A stretch of DNA of 64,000 nt from an uncultured Planctomycetaceae bacterium (GTDB lineage: Bacteria; Planctomycetota; Planctomycetia; Planctomycetales; Planctomycetaceae). This document shows positions 20,607-29,491 of this stretch, one piece after another. Each line of letters begins with the position of its first letter. Within the stretch, counting starts at the first letter, position 1. Both the position numbers and the translations under genes were made by a program. The notes under the pieces were generated by a model that saw nothing but the letters and a program-made list of their open reading frames with translations, did not search any database and was not told the DNA's origin. The stretch spans positions 26,819-90,818 of the forward strand of contig CAWFAK010000004.1 in NCBI GenBank assembly GCA_963813715.1, written 5' to 3'.

Positions 20607-20848
20607 GTCGCAGGTCCGTATGCCCTCTCTCACATTTGCGAACTCAATGGTCCATTCCTCGACACTTCGGCGCGTGCTCTCGGCAATGGGCAGAGTGCCG
20701 CCTCAAGGGCCCGACCGCCCTGATACGTCTCTAACGACTGCGCGACTGAACGGCCAGCAGGCGTCGGATCTAACGGCGTTTTCCTCTCACCATGCGATCT
20801 TCAGATCATCATACGTCGTTGTCCGGTGTCGCTCCCGAGCAACCCGGC

Positions 20849-21415
20849 CTAGGACGCCTCATAGGCCTTCTTCAGCCATCCCAGAAGTTCCTTATTTATT
20901 TCCGCAGTCTTGGAGAGACGCACGCGGTGGCTGACCATGGCATTGAAACTGCCAGACGCCTCAAGCCGCCCCATCGGATCTGTGCCCTTCAGATTGATGC
21001 CTACATCCAGGCGGGTCGCCGTGGAAGGCTGGAGTATGGCAAACTGCTTGTTTCGGCGCAGGCTGACATAAGCCTTCTTGGGAGAAACCTCGATGTCGTT
21101 GCCGAACCCCTGAATCTTGGTCAGCAACTGGTCGTAAAGCGGACGCAGCCCCGCCTTGGCCCCGGCATACTGAGCGTCCACAAGAGCACCGGTGTCGCTG
21201 GCTGTGTGGCTGTCCGACTGCAAGGCTTGCAAGGCAATCATGTTGGCAAAGCCGTGTGTCAGGCCGTGTTCTTCCTTGAGCAGCTTCATGAATTCCTTGT
21301 GTTTGGATAGCTTGCTGCCGCGGACGATCGCCAGCCATTCTTCGAGTGATTTCCCAGTTTTCTCGGCCATTCCCGCAATCATGGCTGCTTTCATTGCTTC
21401 CGGCGATTTGGCCAT
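20849..21415 (-). CDS. DUF4287/DUF5655-type protein
   Basis: EKTGKSLEEW, LKEEHGLTHGFAN, SPKKAYVSLRRNKQFA, SHRVRL. Confidence 0.85.
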   Translation of the reverse strand: MAKSPEAMKAAMIAGMAEKTGKSLEEWLAIVRGSKLSKHKEFMKLLKEEHGLTHGFANMIALQALQSDSHTASDTGALVDAQYAGAKAGLRPLYDQLLTKIQGFGNDIEVSPKKAYVSLRRNKQFAILQPSTATRLDVGINLKGTDPMGRLEASGSFNAMVSHRVRLSKTAEINKELLGWLKKAYEAS

Positions 21416-21994
21416 CGGTGGATTCTCCTAGAGGACTGGGTTGATATTTCTCTGATCTATGATCCCACTCGGCGCTGACTGCTTCCGGCGAAGCGGCGGA
21501 AGACGAACGAATCCAACAGGCTCTTTTATTCTCAGGGTCAATCAACGGCAACTTCGTGAGATTTGCCTGTCACGGCGGCGCTTATCGTTCCTCAAACGGA
21601 GCGTCCCGGATTCCACGAGTTTCTGAGACTCACGTGCCGCCGACATGATGGCTGTCCGAAACCGGACAGGCGCAACGAAGTGACGCGCCATTCCCGCAAT
21701 TGGGTCGCCTTCCGGATTGGAAAGGAAAAGGAATGAGTTTTTGAAAAAAAGGCGCGCTGGTGCTCGTATTTGTAAATCATCGTCTCACCAGAACTTGCGA
21801 CAACATCGACGATCGCGTAACAGGCTCAAAACGGTCGAGTAAACCCAAAACACCGGGGAAATCGATAGGTCGCTCTACCCGCTGGGATAACGCACCTCGT
21901 CAGTGATGATGAGGTTTTTTGTTGCGCTGACCCTTAGCGAAGGGCAGTCAATGAACAAGACACGAACTTCACGGTAAAGGATGCCTTCAACCTT

Positions 21995-22477
21995 TTGGTC
22001 GCCTCGTTCCTTATCCTGATAGGAATGCACGTTGTTGAACTCAGTTGGCTTTGGTCGGTTGCGGCGTTGGCGGCATTCTGGTTTGGAATGATGGCTGCGG
22101 TCTCGCTCATGGTTTGCCAATGGGATTTGGCTCAGTGTCTGGGTGTTTGGCAATTCGTTCTTTTCGAGGGTCCCTATCGTTTGTTCCGGGAGAGATTCAC
22201 AAGGCCTCTGAAAACCGATCCAGAATTGCAAGCGAAGCGACTCTCAGACGTGCTGCAGATCCCGCTCGTGGATGCGGAACTCGCACTGGAATTGAGCGAA
22301 GCTTTCTTTCGTCCGACCGACAAACCTGAGTTGAACGGCGAAGCGCTGGATCTCTTCTTGACCCCCGCTCCCCATAACGAGACCTGGCGAACACGAGCGG
22401 CTGAGTGCTGTAAAAAGTTGCGAGCGCTTGAAACAAAACGGCCCGCTCTGGTGCATTCAACGCCACAGCGGGCCTAA
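21995..22477 (+). CDS. Hypothetical membrane protein
   Basis: Hydrophobic N-terminal half, lower GC than flanks; no family recognised and start uncertain. Confidence 0.4.
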   Translation: MVASFLILIGMHVVELSWLWSVAALAAFWFGMMAAVSLMVCQWDLAQCLGVWQFVLFEGPYRLFRERFTRPLKTDPELQAKRLSDVLQIPLVDAELALELSEAFFRPTDKPELNGEALDLFLTPAPHNETWRTRAAECCKKLRALETKRPALVHSTPQRA

Positions 22478-23025
22478 CCATCAAGGCCGAATGCTGACGT
22501 ACCCACCTGCCTCGCGTCCTATGGCTCAACTCGCTATTGGAGAACGCGATCCGCTCCGGTTTCTCCCGATCTGCGATGTGTCCCGTCCCGCCGATCGAAA
22601 TGTTGTCCCGTCCCATTCGTGTCCGGTGCCCCGGGGGCCGGCGGGAGGGGTGGTCACCTACTTTGGTGGGTCGACAACCTAGTGAAACAAAGTGTCCCGA
22701 CCCACCGGCCAATCTCTTTCCGCCTCTTCCTGGTCCCACGCCACCCCACCCGGTACTTCGGCAATTGAATCGGCGGGGAGTTCAATTTCCCGGGTTTTCT
22801 CGGTGAAACAATGTGTCCCGTCCCGTGGGACCTTGGATTTCGGACCTTGGACCCGGCCTGGCGAAACATGTCCGGACCGGGACTCGAACGTCGGAATTCG
22901 GGTCGCCGAGGTTGCCGGGGATCTTTTCGCTCTCTAGTGAAAAAGGATCCCCACCACCAGCAGGGCGTTTTGCTTTTGGTGCGGCCCCGTTCTCGGCCGT
23001 CCCCCGCTCCCGGTACAATCGCGGC

Positions 23026-23226
23026 ATGCCATTCATCGTAAAGGGAACCGGAAGAGACTTTGGCGTCCACTGGATTGTGCCAGGAGGTGCGGGATCCAGT
23101 ACCTTCGGCGAACGCTCGAGCGCGACCATCTTTCCGACGCAGGCAAAGGCGCAGGCTGCGGCCGAAAAGGCGGCGAAGTCTTACAGCGGGCTCGACATCA
23201 ACTTCACTGTCGAATCAGCCCCTTAG
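23026..23226 (+). CDS. Small hypothetical protein (MP[FY][IL]xK family, member 2), probably leaderless
   Basis: MPFIVKG...HWI...ATIFPTQAKAQAAAEK...INFTVE; TACAAT 6 nt before the ATG. Confidence 0.7.
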   Translation: MPFIVKGTGRDFGVHWIVPGGAGSSTFGERSSATIFPTQAKAQAAAEKAAKSYSGLDINFTVESAP

Positions 23227-23235
23227 GTAGCTGTC

Positions 23236-23442
23236 ATGCCATTCATCGCCAAACTGACCAAAGCCACACTTTGGCTAAGCACCGCAAACGCAGCCGGAGT
23301 GCGGACGCTTACCGATCACGACGGCGCGGCCGTCTTCCAAACAATCGCCGACGCGCGGGTCGCGATCGCCAAATTGCCGGAAGTGTACCAGCACTTCGAG
23401 CTGACCTTCCTGGTCGAGCCGATGGGGCTCTCTGAGTTTTGA
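23236..23442 (+). CDS. Small hypothetical protein (MP[FY][IL]xK family, member 3)
   Basis: MPFIAK...LWL...AAVFQTIADARVAIAK...LTFLVE; tandem with member 2. Confidence 0.7.
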   Translation: MPFIAKLTKATLWLSTANAAGVRTLTDHDGAAVFQTIADARVAIAKLPEVYQHFELTFLVEPMGLSEF

Positions 23443-23498
23443 GGCACAAACGGCCAACCGGTTAGCGCGGTTCTTTGGGTGCCCGCTACAATGGCTGT

Positions 23499-23707
23499 AT
23501 GAGCCAACCCAAGCGCCTTCCGGTTCCGCTTCCATTCGGGGACGGCTGGGTCCTCGTGAAGCTTTCACAGCATCCAGCGGCCCCAGACCATTACTGGTCG
23601 CACGAGTCAGGATGGGTGCTGAACGCCGGGGCGGCAAAGTCGTTCGCGCTCAGTGGAGACGGCGCGACTACATGCAAGCGAATTCGCCCCGGATGGACCA
23701 GGACTAG
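23499..23707 (+). CDS. Small hypothetical protein, probably leaderless, possible frameshift near 23660
   Basis: TACAAT-N6-ATG; MSQPKR...WVLVK...YWSHESGW...AAKSF; plausible continuation RDYMQANSPRMDQD* in a shifted frame. Confidence 0.4.
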
Positions 23708-24017
23708 ATTGGCCGCCCGTGGACTTTTTGTACAGCCGGCCGGCCTTCAGTTGTGCAGCCGGGCGTTCTGTTGTGCAAAACGGTTTCGTTGTGCAAAGCC
23801 ACGTGTCCCGTCCCAGTCCCACTCGCCGGCCCTATTGATGACGTTTCGCTAACCTGCCCGCGCCTCGCGCACGCTTGCCGCCACGAGCGCGCACGCAACC
23901 GCTCGCAACCGAAGCCGCTTCTTCCATTCAGCCACAAAATCCCGATTCATCCAAGATCAGTTTTCGTGGAATTCGGGATTTGACGCCAGTCTTATTGCTT
24001 TGCTGGATGACTGGGCG

Positions 24018-25139
24018 TCACTTACCGCTCTGAGCGGTCGTCGACGTCAGGGGCCGAACGTCGTTGGCGAGGAGTTTCATGTAGACCTCAATCCCTGGGG
24101 CGTTGAGGTGGAGGTTGTCGTAGCAAAGCTCCCAGTCGTACCAAAGGAGAATCGGCAATCCGAAATGCAGACGAGGGTAGGCATCCTGCAGGTCGTGCGC
24201 CCATTCCTCGACCGGAGTGAAGTCTTTCTCCTGCGATAAATCTCGCGGCATCGGCGAAAAACGAATCAAGAGCGGGATGTCGAGACTTTCACACCTTTCT
24301 TCCAGCAGGCGCACGCTGCGATCCCAGGTCGCATCGATCCGAACCGGCCGACCCGGCGTATCGAGTTGGATCCGCTTGCCGTGCAGTCCCGGCAGTGGAT
24401 CAAAGCCACGGGAATCTTGCAGTTTACGTTGGGCTGTGCGAAACGAGTCGCCACCGCGGCCAACCATGGGGAGGTCGCGCACGTCCACCCGCGGCTGCGC
24501 ATCTAACGCCCAAACGTCGCTCCAGAGACTCAGTGAGCCACGCTTGATGAAATACCGCAAACTCTCTTGAAGCGGCATCAGATCCGGCACCTCGGGTCCA
24601 TAGTTGGCCTCGAGTCGCAACGGCAAGTCCGAGCGAATCCTCTCCGCGAGCTCGACTCCGTCGTATTCGAATGCCACCGGCGTCACACAGAGCACCACGA
24701 CTTGTGGCCGCGGATGCCGCAAAAGATACGCCTCGGCCGTAATGAGCAGCCCGCTGGGCCCGACGCTCCCCAAGCTTCCCAGGTTGTACGCGCGCAACCC
24801 GGAGACGTGGCCGAACTGGATCGGATCGACATCGCAGCGGCAGGTACTGTCCCCCACAAAAATGACGTCGTTCTTCTCATTCGACCGCAGTGCATACTCC
24901 ACGGGGTAGGCGACGATGGCTTCATCGTTTGTCGGCGGGCGCCGAGGCTCCAAGAATCGCAGATCCGAATCGATCTCCCTACCGGCTCGGTATCCCACGA
25001 CGAAGAGCGCGCCGAGGGTCGCCGTGACCACGAACAACGGAACCAGCGTCGGTGCAATTCTCGCCCAACTGATGCCGGACCCCTTCGATCTGGCCCCCGC
25101 CGACGATGTGCAGACGGGCGAATCAAGCGCAGTGTTCAT
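24018..25139 (-). CDS. Membrane-anchored SGNH/GDSL-like protein
   Basis: TM helix, IFVGDSTC, YNLGS and C-terminal DNLHLN (DxxH). Confidence 0.7.
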   Translation of the reverse strand: MNTALDSPVCTSSAGARSKGSGISWARIAPTLVPLFVVTATLGALFVVGYRAGREIDSDLRFLEPRRPPTNDEAIVAYPVEYALRSNEKNDVIFVGDSTCRCDVDPIQFGHVSGLRAYNLGSLGSVGPSGLLITAEAYLLRHPRPQVVVLCVTPVAFEYDGVELAERIRSDLPLRLEANYGPEVPDLMPLQESLRYFIKRGSLSLWSDVWALDAQPRVDVRDLPMVGRGGDSFRTAQRKLQDSRGFDPLPGLHGKRIQLDTPGRPVRIDATWDRSVRLLEERCESLDIPLLIRFSPMPRDLSQEKDFTPVEEWAHDLQDAYPRLHFGLPILLWYDWELCYDNLHLNAPGIEVYMKLLANDVRPLTSTTAQSGK

Positions 25140-25510
25140 GCTTATGATTTTGACGACTGGAGGCGAATTCCGCAGCGCGCATTCTGAGGAGCGCACTTGG
25201 CGGCCGCACCGGAGTGGTGTTCACGGGCAATCAAACTTATGCACTTCCAAACGTCCGTTGCGCTCCTCGATGAAGCCATGAATGGACTGACCGGATCGCG
25301 CAAAAACTCGGACTGGGGTCCACCCTCCGCCCCCGTGGCCGACCTCGGCTCCATCAATCCGCCGACAATCGTTGGAATTCTCCCCTTCACCCGGATTCTG
25401 ACACCGCTTGCGACCCAATAGATGCGCCTGTCCCCTTTTATGGCATCTGGCTGCGCGCCAGCGATTCGAGTGCGACGCTCCCTAGCTGGCTGGGGAGCGA
25501 TTCCGAATCA

Positions 25511-26549
25511 CTAACGGCCTCGCGGTTCCTTGCGCAGGGCTTCTTGGACGTCTTTGGCGACAATGGGCATGAAGGCCTCAGTGCCTTTGCGGTTCATGTG
25601 CATGTTGTCCCACATGGCGTCCAAGTCGTAGAGCGTGATGATCGGACGATAAACGCTCACGTTCGCGTGCCTGCTGCTGATCTCTCGCCCAGGTTTCGAG
25701 TTGGGTCCAATCGCGGGCGTCAGCATCCTCGCGAGAGATTGGGGTGAACTGAATCAGCAGGCGAGTTGGGGCACACGATTCGGCAAGGAATTGAACCCAA
25801 CCATCCCAGTCCGGTTTGACAATGGTTTCCGGTCCAGGGCGCTCGGTGCTAGGCCTCGGTCGGCGGGCACCCGGGAGCTCCATGTACCCTCGCGAGGCGA
25901 GCATTTTCGCCTGAAGCGAATGGAACGTGTCTCGCTCGTATCCATCCAACGGTACATCGAGGACGTTCTGACCCTCTTCACAAATACTGACCGCGCCACG
26001 ACGAGCAAAGTAGGAAATGCCGTCGAGTTCGGAGACGACACCAGAAACTTCCGGGCCGTAATTGGCGGCGAACCGTGCGGGAAAGGCGCCGCCGATCGTT
26101 CCAGCATCCCTCTCAAAGCAAAACGGAGACACGCACATCACGAGTGCGCGTGGCTTGGGATGCAGAGTCAGGTATGCCATCACAGTGACTGCCATTCCGT
26201 TTCCACCCAGCTTGCCACTGCTCCCCAAGTTGAACGCCTTCAGCCCAGTGATTCGCTGGAATTCAAGCGGATCAATGCCAACTCTGCAGGTGCTGTCGCC
26301 GAAAAACACCACATCGTTGCGTTCGTCGGAATTCAGCGCGTAAGCGATCGGGTAAGCAGCGAAAGCTTCATCGATCGTGGGCCGGCGTCTCGGATCGAGC
26401 AAGCGGAGATCAGGTGGGATGCGGCGGCCGATGGCGTAGCACGCGCTAGCGAGAATCGCAAGCGTGGCGCCGAGGGATGCTACTGCTATGCACCCGGAGC
26501 TGACCCGAGAATTGCGAAAGCATAGCGGCATAATTTGGCCCTCATCCAC
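25511..26549 (-). CDS. SGNH/GDSL-like paralogue, frameshift near 25670
   Basis: VFFGDSTC, FNLGS; DNMHMN lies in ORF 25511-25726. Clearly similar to 24018-25139. Confidence 0.65.
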
Positions 26550-27041
26550 TTATCGTCCCCGTTCCCCCGTTTGAAAGAACCGCAATTCGCGGTTGACCTG
26601 GGCGCCGATGCCGGAAGTGGGCTGGCGGCCTGGCGAGAGATACCGCAGCTCGGGATCCACGCCCACGCCGGCGGCGAATCCCAGTCCAAACATGGTCGCG
26701 AACGTAAACCCAGCCGCGCAGACCGAGTGCACTGTCGCCTTCTGGCGTGGCGAGAGGTTTCGATAGAGCGTCCAGTTGATGACTCGTATCACGCTGCTTG
26801 CATCATCGCGCCCGTAGACCGCATCCACAAGGGGCGCCGGGCCGGCAATCGCTCGATGTTGTGGCGATTCTTGCCGGAATCCCTGTCCTGGATCGATGCC
26901 GTCTACTTTGCGATGGCGGGGATGAAGTAGCCGCAATCTCACCTCGCCCGCGCCCACTCGCATCGATACCGCTAGAATGGCTGGCAGGTCCGAAGTCTCA
27001 CGGAGGGGAGCACGATGCCGCACGCGATAGAGCCGCCGCAA
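26550..27041 (-). CDS. Hypothetical protein; C-terminal part resembles the N-terminus of the SGNH paralogues
   Basis: TM segment then DPELRYLSPGRQPT, compared with SDLRFLEPRRPPT and PDLRLLDPRRRPT. Real start probably internal. Confidence 0.4.
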   Translation of the reverse strand: MRRLYRVRHRAPLRETSDLPAILAVSMRVGAGEVRLRLLHPRHRKVDGIDPGQGFRQESPQHRAIAGPAPLVDAVYGRDDASSVIRVINWTLYRNLSPRQKATVHSVCAAGFTFATMFGLGFAAGVGVDPELRYLSPGRQPTSGIGAQVNRELRFFQTGERGR

Positions 27042-27221
27042 CTGGTCGAGTTACCGCAGCCTGTTTGCCGAACTGGAAATCGCCAGCCCCAATGCCCCCA
27101 TGGTCGGGATCCACTTCGCTGTAAATCGGTTGCGGTACCCGTGGCGCGACTTTCGGGCCGCGGACCCGTTCCGCGAGACGGCGTTCGGCGGGCCCCGGCT
27201 GTCGCGGCGAGAGGTCGGCCT

Positions 27222-27776
27222 ATGCTGACGCGCATGCTCCCTCTTATTCTGTGCGTCGCGTCGATCTCATGCGCCGACGATCCGCCGCCTGCTCCTCCTC
27301 CAGATACGCACGCTCAAGAAGCCGCCGCACGGTTGAACGCGGCGTCAACGGCCGTCAAAAAAGAAGAGAGAAAGCTTTACTTGCTCAAGCGGGACTTGGA
27401 GCCGCAGGAACAGGCTGCCGCCTATCACGTCTTTTCCACGACGCTGCCGCCGGGGCTGACAATCAAAGGGCTGCGCACAGTTTATCTCGACCCTCGCAAG
27501 GGCGGCGACAGCATCAACTTCGAGGAACCCGACGACCGCACAGACGCCGAACAGGACAATCTGCAAAAAGTGCGTGACTTCGCCAACAAGTTCGCGGCGG
27601 AATGCCGGCAACCCGATTCGCCCACGGCGAAGAAGGTCGCCGCGGAGATCGACGCACTTCCGCTCACGAAAGAGTTGCACCAGCAACAGGAGCTCGTGGA
27701 AAAACTCCGCCTCGAGCGTAACGAGGCGCAGGCTGCGATGCCGACGGAGGAGCCTCGCCCATCGTCGGCAGACTGA
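27222..27776 (+). CDS. Secreted hypothetical protein
   Basis: GAGG RBS, signal peptide MLTRMLPLILCVASISCA, Pro linker, helical body. Confidence 0.65.
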   Translation: MLTRMLPLILCVASISCADDPPPAPPPDTHAQEAAARLNAASTAVKKEERKLYLLKRDLEPQEQAAAYHVFSTTLPPGLTIKGLRTVYLDPRKGGDSINFEEPDDRTDAEQDNLQKVRDFANKFAAECRQPDSPTAKKVAAEIDALPLTKELHQQQELVEKLRLERNEAQAAMPTEEPRPSSAD

Positions 27777-27914
27777 GTCCCCAGCCTGCCAAACGCTCGG
27801 GCGCTCCGCATCGCCCCGTCACCCTACGCTACGCGCCTTCGACTCGATCAGCCGGGACGTGCGACCGCTCCGCCGGCCGGGTATAAGTGGCTCGGCGCGT
27901 CAGGGAGATTAGCA

Positions 27915-29237
27915 ATGGTGGATGAGACTCTCAGCCGGCGGGATTTTCACAAAGCGGGTGCCGCTTCTTTGACCGGCGCGGTGAGCGTTGCCGCTTCTGG
28001 TGCGTCCCTCCGGGCGACAGCTCCCTCAAATCAAAAACGGCTTGGGTTCATCGGCGTCGGGAATCGGGGCAAGCAGCTGCTCAGCGCTTTCCTCGACCAT
28101 CCCGATGCCAAGGTTGTCGCGCTCTGCGACATCTACGAGCCCTATTGGCAACGCGCGCAGAAGCAAGTCGGCGGCAAGGTGGAAACCTATGACGACTTTC
28201 GCCGCGTGCTCGACCGCAAAGACATCGACGCCGTCGTGATCGCCACACCCGATCATTGGCACGCCGTCCAAATGATGCTGGCCTGCCAGGCAGGGAAAGA
28301 TGTCTACGTCGAAAAGCCACTCTCGGTCACGATCCGCGAAGGGCGGCGGATGGTCGACGCGGCCCGCAAGCACAATCGCGTGGTGCAGGTCGGCACGCAT
28401 CGACGTTCGTCACGCTTGTACGCCGACCTGGTGAGTCGCGTCTCCGGCGGCGCCCTCGGCAAAGTGACCGTCGCTCGGACCTATCGGCTCAGCAACATGT
28501 TTCCCAAGGGCATCGGCAAAGCTCCGCCCAGTGATCCGCCGGCTGGCCTCAATTGGGACATGTGGCTCGGCCCCCGCGCCGCCCGACCGTTTCAAGTCAC
28601 GATCGCCCCGTACAAGTTTCGCTGGTGGGACGCGTACTCCTCGCAGATCGCCAACTGGGGCGTGCACTACCTCGACGCCATCCGCTGGGCACTGGGAGAA
28701 GAGGCCCCGGCCAGCATCTCGGCGCACGGGGGCCGCTTTGCCATCGACGATGACCGCACCATCCCCGACACGCTCGAGGCCGTCTTCGAGTTCGCGTCCG
28801 GCCGGCTCGCCGTCTTCGGACAATACGAGGCCAGCAGCAATCCCGCGATTCGCAGCGGCGAAATAGAATTTCGCGGCACGCTCGGCACCGCCTACAGCGC
28901 GGAACGCAGCTTCGAGTTCATCGCCGAGCGGTCCGGACAGTTTCAAAAGGAGATACCCCGCACGACGCCGGTCCGCGTGAACAGTCAAGACGGCGATCTC
29001 ACGTGGGAACACGCACGGAACTTCCTCGACTGCATCGTCTCGCGAAGCCGGCCGAATGCGGACGTGGAGACCGGCCATCGCTCAACGACGTTCGCCCACC
29101 TGGCCAATCTCGCACTGGCCACCCGCGCCCGCCTCGATTGGGACGCGAAGACCGAGCGCGTCACCAATCACCCGGCCGCCAACGAGCTGCTCGATTACGA
29201 ATATCGCGAGCCCTGGCGGTCGCTGCAGCAGGGCTGA
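27915..29237 (+). CDS. Gfo/Idh/MocA oxidoreductase, Tat-exported
   Basis: SRRDF Tat motif, GFIGVGNRG, ATPDHWH, YVEKP. Confidence 0.92.
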   Translation: MVDETLSRRDFHKAGAASLTGAVSVAASGASLRATAPSNQKRLGFIGVGNRGKQLLSAFLDHPDAKVVALCDIYEPYWQRAQKQVGGKVETYDDFRRVLDRKDIDAVVIATPDHWHAVQMMLACQAGKDVYVEKPLSVTIREGRRMVDAARKHNRVVQVGTHRRSSRLYADLVSRVSGGALGKVTVARTYRLSNMFPKGIGKAPPSDPPAGLNWDMWLGPRAARPFQVTIAPYKFRWWDAYSSQIANWGVHYLDAIRWALGEEAPASISAHGGRFAIDDDRTIPDTLEAVFEFASGRLAVFGQYEASSNPAIRSGEIEFRGTLGTAYSAERSFEFIAERSGQFQKEIPRTTPVRVNSQDGDLTWEHARNFLDCIVSRSRPNADVETGHRSTTFAHLANLALATRARLDWDAKTERVTNHPAANELLDYEYREPWRSLQQG

Positions 29238-29491
29238 AAGCCGCCGGATTAATACTCAATTCACCGACCTGAGCTCGGGGCTGCGGCGCGGTCGTCCCTT
29301 TTCCGTGAGCCCCGCTTTCCTTGAGCCCCGCCAGACGTGTGGCGATACTGTGTCGGGATTGATTCCCTCCCGGTTGGGCTTCCGGGATTCCGAGACGGTT
29401 TTTCCAAAGACTCGGCAAGCGTGATCCGTCGGCACGACGCCGGATCGGTGCGCGCAGCGACCAGTCCACTGAGGAAACGCGGAAGCCTCCC

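Larger units (their letters stand above)
22575..23975. repeat. Repeat-rich non-coding element, copy B, interrupted by small ORFs
   Basis: Shares CTACTTTGGTGGGTC, GTGAAACAAAGTGTCCCGACCCACCGGCCAAT, GGGGATCTTTT..AAAAGGATCCCC and TCCATTCAGCCA..TCCAAGATCAGTTT..GGAATTC with 6068-6875. Confidence 0.65.

Noticed and set aside
25295..25345. Phage cos-like G/C-run segment (AAAAACTCGGACTGGGGTCCACCCTCCGCCCCCG)
   Set aside because: Only a superficial resemblance; no HNH or terminase gene is nearby.
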